Part shown: piece by piece, positions 12,901 to 23,700 of the stretch
Position numbering within the stretch: the stretch's first letter is position 1
Layout of the letters: each line of letters starts with the position of its first letter
Origin: Marsupella aquatica
Taxonomy: Eukaryota; Plantae; Marchantiophyta
Length of the DNA stretch: 64,000 bases
Reading direction: 5' to 3'
Assembly: GCA_973895155.1 (NCBI GenBank)
Contig: OZ316896.1
Span: forward strand, 17,162,754 to 17,226,753
Program-made: the position numbers and the translations under genes
Notes under the pieces: model-generated
Seen by the model: the letters and a program-made list of their open reading frames with translations, nothing else
Told to the model about the DNA's origin: nothing
The model's database searches: none

Positions 12901-13099
12901 ATCACTGTGGAGCGTTCTTGTGTATTCTGGCAAGCTTTGTTAGCCCTTTATTTTTGGGGTGTTTCGGGGAGTTCTATGCATTTTGCATTCTGACGTTTTT
13001 GGGAGTTGGAGTGGCTCAATCTCCACTGGTGGAAGGATCTTAGTTTACTCTACCGACTTGTTGGCGACCACATTGACACATGCTCTTGTTTTGTCCTTA

Positions 13100-16000
13100 C
13101 AATTAACAACCCTGAGTTGGGGGCGACACTTTCTTGGAGTGACGCGATGGGCTCCTTCCATTGCCTTCCATTTCATTTCTCATGCCTTGGTTGGGCCTTT
13201 CCTTGCTTTCTCGTGCACTTTTGCTCGTCTTTGACTATGGTGTTCCATGTCTACATTGAAATGTTGGCGTGTGGTAAGCGCCGAGCTCCGCCAGATTGTT
13301 CTCCCCCACTCGCCCCGTGTGTTTACTCTCTTTCACCGGATCTTTCCCATATTCATGATGCACCTATGCACGATGCTTTATCTGCCCCTCCTCCCCTTGA
13401 TGCCATGCCTTACGTTTCCCAATCTATTGCCCACCCCATCATTGCTTGGGCTCGTCTTCACCCCTCTCTTCACACCATGTCCCATCCCCACCTCTCCAGC
13501 TTCCTCATCAGGCCTCTTCGTCCATGTCTCTTGCACCTCCACTTGCAGTGGAGTCTTTCCTTGCTCCCTCCGCAGACAAACGTCCTCAACACACTTGTCC
13601 GGACTGTGGTTGGGTTGGCATCTTCCTCCCTCATCATCGAGGGCGCGGCCAATGCCAATGTCATCAGTAGGCGCAATCCAAACCCCAGCCCCCTCCTAAC
13701 CCTGTTGGCTCTGCTCCTCCCTCTTTGGAGGCATCTGAGCAGGCTTGGCATTGGGTTTGCACTATGGACCCCATTGCAGCCTACCATCCTGGGTCCCGTC
13801 CTGGGTACATTAGATCCCATCTTTGTAACCACATAATGCATGGTGGATCTTGCCACCCAGCGTTGTCACCAATCTCAATTCCCTTGCCTAAGTGCCTCGG
13901 TGCCCGAATGCCTCCACGAAACTCTTGGAGAAAGCGACTTGGCGCCCTTTGCACCACTCACGACCACTCCCATACAAAGCCACACTCGCCCACTAACACA
14001 ATCATTGCTCAATGGTCTTCATAGTCTAAGCAAGCAACCAAGCACTCCGGTAAGTAACCCAACGGGATCTAGATCCCCACAAGTCTAGCATCCTAACTCA
14101 AGCTCAACAGACATTGGTAAATAGGTCAGCAATAGGTCCTCCCAATATCATCACCCAATGTTCGTCCAGAATAACCCCTCTTTTGGTGCAACCCAGGTTC
14201 CCCCTCATACCTATCCATCACCAACTGACCATCCTGCCCCCAGGACATGCTCATGGCCCAATTAGCATAACTTGTCCTAAAGCTTGTCCCAAGCTTGTCC
14301 CAACCCGTCGGGACCAAAATGGCACCGACTTTAGTAACCAACTCTTGGATCTTGCCTCGCTTACAACCTAGATGCCAAGTGCACTTGAAACTCAACCTCC
14401 ATGCCTACTTGGCCTTGCCTCCCCAATGCAAACTCCCTAGGGAGACTGAACGCGGTTTGGCTGCTGTTCGGCAGGATTTGGCAAGCGGGTGAGATAGCCC
14501 CTGTAAACCCCAAGAACCAATGGCACCCCTAGAACCAATTGAGCTCATGAGGATATAGCCATCCTTGAGAGCTTTCTAACACACCCAAGAAGTCCTCTAA
14601 CGGACTTCCCGTTGGGAAGTTATCACCGTTTTTGTTTGACATTTACCCTTAGTGTAGCGATCGCCGCGGCCCACGACTTTGGCTTGCCCTTAGCCCCCAG
14701 GGAGACACCACTCCCCTCATATATGCTTTTGGAGACTTGCCACCCCCAGACCTACTTTGGTCCCCAAATTTTGGGCCCCCACTTGGACCCCAACCCAAAT
14801 GTCTGGGCACGCCACCAATTGGCTATGCCCATAACTTTCTAGTTAGGCGTTCGTAAACGGAGTGCCTTAGCCCATTGTGATTGGGCCCACCCAGTGCTCA
14901 TGCTTGAGCCCTCAGAATCCATCGTCGCTTGGGGCCATCGGGTAGCCAAACCTAGGTTGGGCCGTAACTCGTGCCCCAAGCGTCCGTTGTGCATGAAGTA
15001 AACTCCATTAGCCTTGGGCCCAAGAGAAGCTCTCACTCAAGCCCTCAAAACTTAAAGTCTGCCCGGGGGTCTGGACGGTCAACCTTGAGTCCAGCCCTTT
15101 CCCAGGACCCGATAAGCTCTCAGCTAGTCTAAGTCCTTAGTGTATGTCACCAGCTTAGCACCTTGCCTTCGCCAGTGCCGCGCCCCATTGCCCATAAGTC
15201 TCCCCATGCTAAGTCCTCCTCGGATGGCCATTTTGGGCTTGGACCAGAGGGAAGCTCGACATCCAAGTCAGCAACGCCTGAGCTAAGTGTTAAGGTAGTC
15301 AAGTTCCATGACTAACATTCCTCATGCGTTGCGCCCATTGGTTCGGTCCTCTTTATTGTAGGTCATGCAACTTATCATTGCGCCTCCTTTGGAGGTCTTC
15401 TATTGGTCCTTGCTCATGCTTTTTCCATAGTGGATTCTTACCCTCCCTAGTCATGGTGGTCGTGTGGGTCATCAAGAGACTGTCTCACGTATAGACCATT
15501 TTTTAAGAGGAGATTGGGAGCAACTTCAGGAAGAGTACTTTCTTTGAGCTTGCTCCTTCACCGCATGTGTTTTGTCTGACCCTGCCTGCCACTCCGAGTG
15601 CCACTCTACTCCTCTTGAGTATCGACACCTTCACCGAGCTTGTTGTTTAGCCCGGGTGTTTAGCCTAGGCTAGAGAGTATCATAGCGTTGTCTAGGCCCT
15701 TTCTCTCACCACATCAACTCCCCTTGGTGAGGCCACCTTGAGTGCCCTTCATGATCTCCATCCACAACCCTTTCACCAGCTTCCCTTATTTGTGGAGAAT
15801 TTTGAGCCTGAGGAGGATCTTCTGTTGGGGTCCCCTCCGACTATGTTTTTGAGGATTTTTGTGATTTATTCTACCTTGAAGACCCTCAGTTAGGTTTTCC
15901 AGTTTTCTTTTCATTTTGCCAGTGTATTGTAGCAGGGCGATTGCCTCCCCTGGTCTCCCATATTTTGAGCGTATTGCGCTTGTCATCCCCGGGAGTTCAA

Positions 16001-18570
16001 CGCATAGCCATTGGAGAGGTTTTTCTTTGTCTTGTGTCTCGTACACTCACATCACAGTATCGTTCTACACTATCAAACCATCTCTCTCCACATCAGGTTG
16101 GAGTGGGCGTTCTTGGAGTTTGTGAGACTATTATTGCAAGCATTTGGGCTACCTTGAATCTCAACCCTGATTGGGTTGTCCTACAGGTGGATGTCTCTAA
16201 TGCTTTCAACATGGTCTCATGGGCTGCCCACCCATTCAGTCCCTTATCTTGTTTGTCCATTATTTTTATGGTTTGGAGGCCCCCTTCCTTTACAGTCATC
16301 ACACCTCTACAAGAGAGTATACCACTATTTCTTTTATAGAAGGTATCACGGTAGGGTGACCCTTTGAGCGGGTCTCTTTTTGCCATTGCCCATTTTATAG
16401 CTCTCCGGGCAACCTCTGCTGCCCACCCCTAGTTTATTTTCCCCTCACTTTTTGATGACACACACATTATTGGTCCCTCCGCTGAGGTTGCCTCTACCCT
16501 CACCACCCTTTTTGACCAATTGATGGCCCTTGGTTTGCGGGTTCAGCCTATGAAGAGTTGTGCTTGGAGTCCGACACGGTTACCTTGGGGGGGTCACTAT
16601 ATGGAGGGTCATACATCACGTGCGATGTTTTAGGGTGAAAAGTGAAAAGTATTTTTTCCAAAACCCTTTCTTTCTTTAAATTTTGACATTTTTATTAAAA
16701 AACCCTTAAAAACTTTAAATAAAGTATTTTTTACAATTAAATAGGCCTATGTGTTCTTTAAAGTCAACCAGTCAAAAAAACATACCCTATATGTTCTTCC
16801 ACCGAACTTTGGAAGTCTTCCGCCACACCCATTTAAAAGGGCCTATACTTCATCGCACGTGATGCACCACTTCTGTGGAAGTGACCCCCCCAAGGCGGTT
16901 ACCCTTTGATTTGGTGCTACCTCCCGGGTTCTTACGTCCAGCGGGAGGTCTTTGGGTCCTTGGCTCTCCTATTGGTAGTCCTACCTTTTGCTCATCTTTT
17001 ATTACGGATACTCTACAGGGTGCTTTAGCCCCAACTCCTTTGCTCCCTAAGTTGGCAGACACTCAGACAACATTTGGGATATTGTTGAGATGCCTCCACC
17101 CTCGGGCATCTTATCTTGCTAGGACGCATGCCCCTATAGGAGATGTTTGTATCCACTTATGTACTTTTGATGTTTCTATTCAAGAGACTTTTGCCTCCCT
17201 ATTGGGTCCTAGTTATTTGCTCTCATCTTCGTGGCTTCACAACAGCTCACACTTTCTATTTCCCAAGGAGTTTTTGGGCTTAATTCCATTGAGAGCACAA
17301 CATCCTTGGCATTTTTGGGTTCATGGGCAACATCGTTCTCTTTGTTGGTTGATCGCTTCCTTCTTGAGGATCGACCCTTTTTGCTTCCATCTCTTATGGA
17401 GGTTGAGGAGGGTTTCCTCCCTTTTTAGGTTCACTTGCGAGATGCCCGGTCCTCACTACTAGATCTTCAGTTGTATGTACGTGGCGTGTTACCTTTTTTT
17501 TTAGGAGTTTTTATCCTTGGACCCTCTTTGTCGTCAGATTGACCTTGTTGAGCGTATGCACACTTTCACCCTTTCTACCATCCTTGCCAAGGCACCTGAA
17601 ACAGACCAAGCTCAAATTCTTTCTTTTGGAGGAAAAGATGCTAGAGGGTGGCTTTAGGCCAATCCGACCATCCCTCATCTGCGGATGTCTTAGAGGAGTT
17701 CTTCACCGCCATTCGTCTTTGTCTGGGGCTACTTCACCCTCCTCTTGTTGGTCTACCCACTTCTTGCACATCTGGGAAGCCTTGTGATGCCATGTAGGGG
17801 TCCATCTTCTTTGGTGCAATTTGGGAGACAAAACCATAGTTGTTCATGATATTGTGGGAGATGCTATTGCTCAAGTTCTCTCTAGGTCTTTGGCACACGT
17901 GCGACGGGAGGTGATGCTTGAGCTACCTGGTCCTCTCCCACAACTCTTGTGGGGGAAAACCCTTTGCATCAGGACCTCGTTGAGATACCGACAACAATGG
18001 CAGAGGCAGCGACATCCCGGGTGGTCTTGGCAAAGGAGGCAAAATATGTTGCTCGAGCTTCATCTGATACCTTTCTCCCCCTGGCTATTGAGATCTTTGG
18101 GCATTTTCATCATCAGTTTGATGGCCTTCTTCGACAGGCTGTTGGTGATATATATAGACGGATAGATTCCTTTGGACCCCCACGATCCATCTTGACCACA
18201 CACTTTTGTCAGCACATTTTGGTGGCCTTACAACGTGCCCAAGTTCGAGCCATTTATCGTCGATTTCTCACAGTGCATGGGCACCACTATGCCCACGTAG
18301 ATGCTAGCCCCCATAGAGGACATTTCTGTCCCACTTGCTGATTTGGTTAGGACATTGGATGTCACCCATTAGCTCTTGTCACACATTCCAATGTGGACAC
18401 TAGTCATCAAGTTTGCTCTCATGTAGTGTTTGACACTTTTCTCTTAAGTTTTATTTGTCCTTTTTTGAAGGTTTACACTTGCTTTTCTTCGTTCTGGTTA
18501 GGTGTTTGTCCTCTTTGGAACTCTTTCTCTTTCCATTCATTGTACTTTGTTTTTCCCTGATTTATAAAGT
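13100..18570 (+). mobile_element. Decayed non-LTR retrotransposon of the RLE-encoding (CRE-like) type; boundaries approximate
   Basis: RT motifs across frameshifts: (R)IAIGEVFLCLVSRTL, QVGVGV..CETII, VLQVDVSNAFN, *GDPLSGSLF, LFDDTHIIG, GLRVQPMK, VLGSPIG. The upstream motif is GGRVG...FLRGDWEQL. The C-terminus has a degenerate Zn knuckle (SCTSG...GVHLLWC), HDIV.DAIA, VRREV, AKEAKY and FLPLAIEIFG, typical of restriction-like-endonuclease LINEs. An N-terminal CPDC Zn-finger remnant lies near 13595. Many stops and frameshifts. Confidence 0.8.
16584..16894. mobile_element. MITE family copy B (311 bp) inserted in the RT domain of the retroelement
   Basis: TIRs CTTGGGGGGGTCACT / AGTGACCCCCCCAAG. 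TSD ACGGTTAC / GCGGTTAC (7/8 match). Subterminal inverted CATCACGTGCGATG / CATCGCACGTGATG. Excision restores ...SPTRLPFDLVLPPG... Confidence 0.9.
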
Positions 18571-19574
18571 TTGATGCGCCTTTCTCCATTGAAAGATGTT
18601 ATGTGTCATTGATTCAACTTTGTATCTTTGAGGCAAGGAAGCCAATGAGGAAAAAACTGTGATGGAGATAAGGTGAACTTTTGAGCTCACTGCCCTTTTT
18701 CTCCTGTTATTTGTTTGTATGTTTATATTTTCTCTTTTTTCCTCCAAGTCTCTCTCTTTATGTCCTCCCCCTCCGTAAGTGAGGGACGTAGAGGATTGTA
18801 GAGGGCTCACAAGGGCGCAAGGATGAGCAGGCATAGGAGGGGTGTGGAGTGCTCGAGGGTTGCCTAAGGAGGCATAGTGATGGCAAGGCACGACAAAAGT
18901 GGACTGTTGTTCAGGGCTATTGTCTATATGGAAGCCTCTAGACCATGACTCTAATAGGGTGTCTCAAATACAATGAATTTTTGTGCTTGGTTTTGTCTGG
19001 AATGTCGTGACCCGGGGCAGCAGGAATAACTCGTCAAACACCAAATGTGAGGGCCCAACTAATCATGCCCAGGAATCGTGACCAAAAGTGAGGGTCGGCA
19101 GCTATGTGGAGACTTGATTTCAATGTGTTCATTGATTCACCTTGCAATTTTCACACATTGCCGTGCCCCTCTCTAATCTGAGAACCCAAAAATATCACTG
19201 CGTGGCTGTACCCACTTTGGGTGCGCCCGAGTACATCACGCGACACCAATCAGGTGGGTTTGTTTTTAATATTTGAGACTCCCTAATGGGATAACCAAGA
19301 GTGCATAGAAATTCTTTCATTTCTATTTCCGTCCAAGTAATGGGTAATGACGCAAATATGGTTGAATCGACAAGTCATGCCATGCCACCAACCAATACTA
19401 CATCATACCAGGAGTGACCCAGCGCATGACATGCATCCATCCATCCATCCATCCATGTACGCCCAAAGTATACGCATCCGCATACATCCCTTGATGAAGA
19501 AGCTCGGGGACGGTTTTGAGCCAACGTTCCGTAGAGTTTGCTTTTTCCTTACGAGAGTGTTCAGATCAGCTCTT

Positions 19575-20032
19575 TCCGGGCAGGCGGGCAAGGTTGGCCG
19601 GGCACGCTGACTGGACCGCGTGGGACATCCCACGCTGACCCGTTGGGGCAGTAGTACGAAGGGTGTCCCCTGCCCGGGCAGGGCAGTCGCAGACGGGCAG
19701 AGGCTTCCATGCAGACTCGTGGACGGGCAGCGCACCCGACCGGACCGCCCGGGGCTGTACGAATTCCTTGGTCGCGTATTATGCGCTCGTCGTCCTCTCG
19801 GGCCCACCAACGGGCAGCAGCTCCTGCCCTGGGAAAAGCCAGTGGCGGGCAGAGGTCAGCGGGTTGAGCAAGTCCCTGAGCGCCTGCCCGTTGGGAAAGA
19901 CGAGTGGACGGGCAGAGGTCTGCTCCATTGCGGAGCGCCCACCGATCTCCTGGGGGCAGTCGTTTGGGCAGATTTCGGGGCACCCACCTGCTGCCCGCGG
20001 AAAGAAAACGCACTTCGCGAGCCAGGGGCAGC
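19575..20032. promoter_or_regulatory. GC-rich block with a dense GGGCAG/CTGCCC motif cluster upstream of BIG
   Basis: About 15 GGGCAG occurrences on both strands in ~460 bp, several as (A/G)CGGGCAGAGG, immediately 5' of the GA-rich BIG leader. A regulatory role is inferred from position only. Confidence 0.4.
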
Positions 20033-20135
20033 TGGAAACAAAGTTTTTTGTGGACGACGGTCGCCAAAGATTTTGGGGGAGGGACAAAAGCTCCTCATCG
20101 CCCACACGAAGCAAAAGAATGCAAAGCAAAGCAAA

Positions 20136-20450
20136 AAGAGAGAGAGAGAGAAAGAGAAAGAGAGTCAGAGAGAGAGAGAACGTAAAGCAACAAATCAGGT
20201 CTCCGACAATTTCTCGTCTTCACGACGTCGCCAATCGAAAGCTCCACCGATTGATTGATCGCCCAGCAATAACACAGACTCCGGCATCGAATTCGCGCAA
20301 ACATGAGGAAGCGGAAGATTTGATTCCGAATTCGTCCGTTGGGGTGACGCAGAAGAGGAGTGCAGAGAAGAGGAGAGGAGAGGAGAGGAGACGAGAGAAG
20401 AGGAGACGAGAGAAGAGGATAGAGAGAAGGGAGGAGGAGAAGCGGAGAGA
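20136..20450. repeat. (GA)n / GGAGA purine-rich tracts in the BIG 5' leader region
   Basis: AGAGAG runs at 20136-20179 and (GGAGA/GAGAAGAG)n at 20365-20450. A similar GA/CT tract lies upstream of SUMO at ~6840-6900. Confidence 0.75.
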
Positions 20451-20746
20451 CGACACCACGGACGGGCGTTGAAGTGTGATCGACGATTGATGGCTTCATT
20501 GATCGATTGATTGCTTGATTGCCTGATTGATTGATCGATTGAGTGATAGCAGAAACGAGGAGAGGAGTCGGAGGACGAGAAGAGGTTGTTACTTGGAGAG
20601 GATGAGGCGGAAGAGGAGTTCGTGAGGAGGAGTGGACGTGAAGCGTGTAGGGGTTAGGGATTGGGAGGTTGTCAACATAGTGAAGGAGGAGCGAAAGCGG
20701 GAGGAGGTGGCGGTGGATAGTGGAGGGACGATTGAAGCGCCTCGTT

Positions 20747-23700
20747 ATGGAGGCGCTTCGAAGGGTGGTGGAGGTACTGGAAAAGCCCGGGGCTCTGCCC
20801 CAGCGGCTCCAGGAAAGTGAGGTGCAGGAGGGGCTTCGGCAGCTGGAAGCGATTCTTGTGGCAGCGGTCGATGGCGGAGAGTCCCGCGGCCTGCTGCAGT
20901 GGAGCAAGCAGCAGCTGGACTTCGTTTTCGCAGTCGTGGATGCTGTTCTGTGCGCCTCATGCCATTTGGTCGCAGGTTTGCCCAACCTTCCCCGTCCTTC
21001 TCTGTGTTGGCTGCACGCTTGGATTGATTTGTTCGATGAATTTGAAGTCGAACTCCCGATTTCCTGGTCGAGCCGGTAGTATGAGGCGGGTCATCTTTTG
21101 GGCACCGCAAAGTAGTGAATTGCCATCAGAGCATTTGCAGGAATGGAATGCAGCCGATCGTGTATTTTGAGTTATTGATCGTCCAAGGAACGTCAGGTCT
21201 CGGAATCTAATGTGGACCTGATCAGTTTACGATGCTAATTTTTGTCTGTGTGTGATAGATGGCGGTGATAAAGAGGTCGTTGAACAGATCTATGGACTCA
21301 CCGTGGAATTGTGCTTACAAGCTCTTGCAAGTAGCGTTCCAAAATCGGGCAAGGAACCGCCGGCACTTTTGGACGAAGAGGTTGGACACTGCACTTTGAC
21401 CGTATTCGTAGATCTAGCCTGGCAGACAGGTTCCAGTTAGGCACTAATCTTGTGGGTGATGTCCAAGAAGAATGAACCGTGATTCCGTTACTGACAGCCA
21501 TAGGCTGCCCTAAATTCGAACTCTGATCAAACCATTCATGTAGTAGCTGGTTTTGACTAGCATCTCTCAATCTCGGCCATTAGTCTTTCCTCTTGCAAAC
21601 GAGAAAACTATCAGGAACGGCCGATGCTGTGTCGAAGCAGCACCATCGCTGGCAGTAAGTGGTACGCAGCTAGTTTCTGTTGATGACTTCGGTCAGACAG
21701 CAGCAAACGACTTTCAGTGGGATTGTCTCACCTCCCGTCTTCAGAAGACTGCACGTCTGGTTGAAATTTCTTAACATGCTCAACTTCGCTTCTCCGTCAT
21801 CGAGGGAAGGTGAACTGCGTTCAATCGACTTGTCATCTCATTTTGGGATACGCAGATCGCGGTATCTTATCAGGTTTCATAAACAAGTCTAGCGCAATAT
21901 TTTGTAAATTAGGTCTTAACCGGAAATTACGCTGACAATTAAATTTTCGAATTTGAGAATGGAATGTCTTCGCCCAGGCCTGTTCTAGAACCTTTTTGTT
22001 AACCAGACGCCAAATTTGCAAGAACAAAGAGCCAGTTGCACCTGACATTTTTGAACTAAATCAGGCCCTAAATTCGGCCCCCGTTTCTACTTGAGTACAG
22101 TAACGGCTTTGATCTGACGTGACTTGGGGTTCTGTCCTATCAAGAGCCTGGATTTGTTCACTGAATAAGCGTATGCGTCTTTCCTGCAGCCTGGAAGTTC
22201 GTCTGTGAGGATTTGTCAGGCCTGTACATTAGATTGTCTTGCAACGGTTGATCCAATTTTATATTCGATGACGAATTCATCCAGTAGACCTTAAACGAAT
22301 GGAGGGAAAGAGTCTTCCCCAGACCAAGTGACTTAAGAGGCGTAGAATTTGATTAGGACCATGCAAAACTGAGTATGTACCTTGCTCGTGATTTGATATA
22401 GACTGAAGGCTGACCTGTCATTTCAAACGTTTGATCTGCAGATGCAACAAAAGCTGTTGCTACTTTTGGAGACGACCGTTCTCGAAGGAAAGGCCAGGCA
22501 TCGTGGAGCTTCTACTTTGATTTCCCTGGCAAATGTGGCTTTAGAAATTCCAGATTTCGATTTGCCCTCAAAGCCAAAAGGAGACAGTTATCACGCTGTT
22601 ACGAACTGGGCGACCAAAGGTAAGAGAGCACCTTCATGAGCTTTTCCAAGTGTAGGGCAGAGTGATGAGGAAGGCTGTCTAATTTGTACCGCCCGACTTC
22701 AATCATATGGGAGTTGCGTTGCATCGTTTCTATAGAACAATTGTGGATCAGTTAATAACGAGGAACGTTTGTGTCGGTGTCGTTGCTCTCACAGAGGCAG
22801 CTACTTCCAGCTCACAAGAAACTGTGTCATCAGAAAATATTCTCGAACTGTTGGCCAACGAGCAACTCCTTGTCCAGAAAGTCAGTGGTGGAGGTTTTAA
22901 GGCAGCGCATGTCGATGTTCGCTTGAAGCCTGGTGTAAGCGTAGTGGCAGCTACTCGACAGTCTGCAGTTGTTCACTTGAAATGCATCACTCGGCTGTTG
23001 TCCCTGTGCAAGGAAGTTCTGATTACATGTCAGAAAGTGGAGTCCGAGGAAGAAGACAGAATTCTGCAAGGAAGGGTGGCTTTTGTGTCGAGCATCTTGA
23101 CATTCCTGATTGACCTTGCTAGGGCTTCTGTGCTTTATCAACCTGAGGACGATCTCGATGAGAAAATAGTGGACTTAGCCACTGCAATACCCATCTTCTT
23201 CCAGCTCACATATGATTCCAGTGGCTCCGAGTCTGACTACGTTGGGGAAAGTAATTTGGCATGCGCACTACCTACACTGCTAGATGAGTTTCTTCAGCTG
23301 GCTGTCGCGTTTCCTGATCAAAATCTTTTTCTGAACTTGAGGACGTACCTTGCTGCCTCTATGCTTGATTTATTAAGAGCAGGGAAGTTGAGGCAAGAGG
23401 GGACTTTTTCGAGTCAGCACCTATCTTTGGCATGTACACCGCATGTCATCAGTCGTCTTCTTGGGCTTTTTCAGGACGTTCATGCACATCGAACACCCTC
23501 TGGAAGTCAAGAATCTAGCCTTGTGGTGTCAAATGCTGGTTTCAGCAGGGGTGTCCCGAAATCTCCTTTGGTGTGCCAACTTCGTTCACAGATTTTTAAC
23601 CTGAATGAAGTGAGAGATAAGGACGAGCATTTGCAGGTCGTCTTCTCTAGTGGTGGTGACTGGGTGGACACTCTGGTTACAGCTACAGCTCTGCTTCATG

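Noticed and set aside
13006-13856. 276-aa and other ORFs as a host gene
   Set aside because: They are frameshifted pieces of the retroelement 5' region, with Zn-finger and W-rich motifs spread over different frames.
19403-21170. Several long overlapping ORFs (168-296 aa) on both strands upstream of and over BIG exon 1
   Set aside because: They arise from GC-rich and (GA)n sequence with few stops and translate to low-complexity R/E/S/L strings. Only the frame starting at 20747 resembles the BIG N-terminus.
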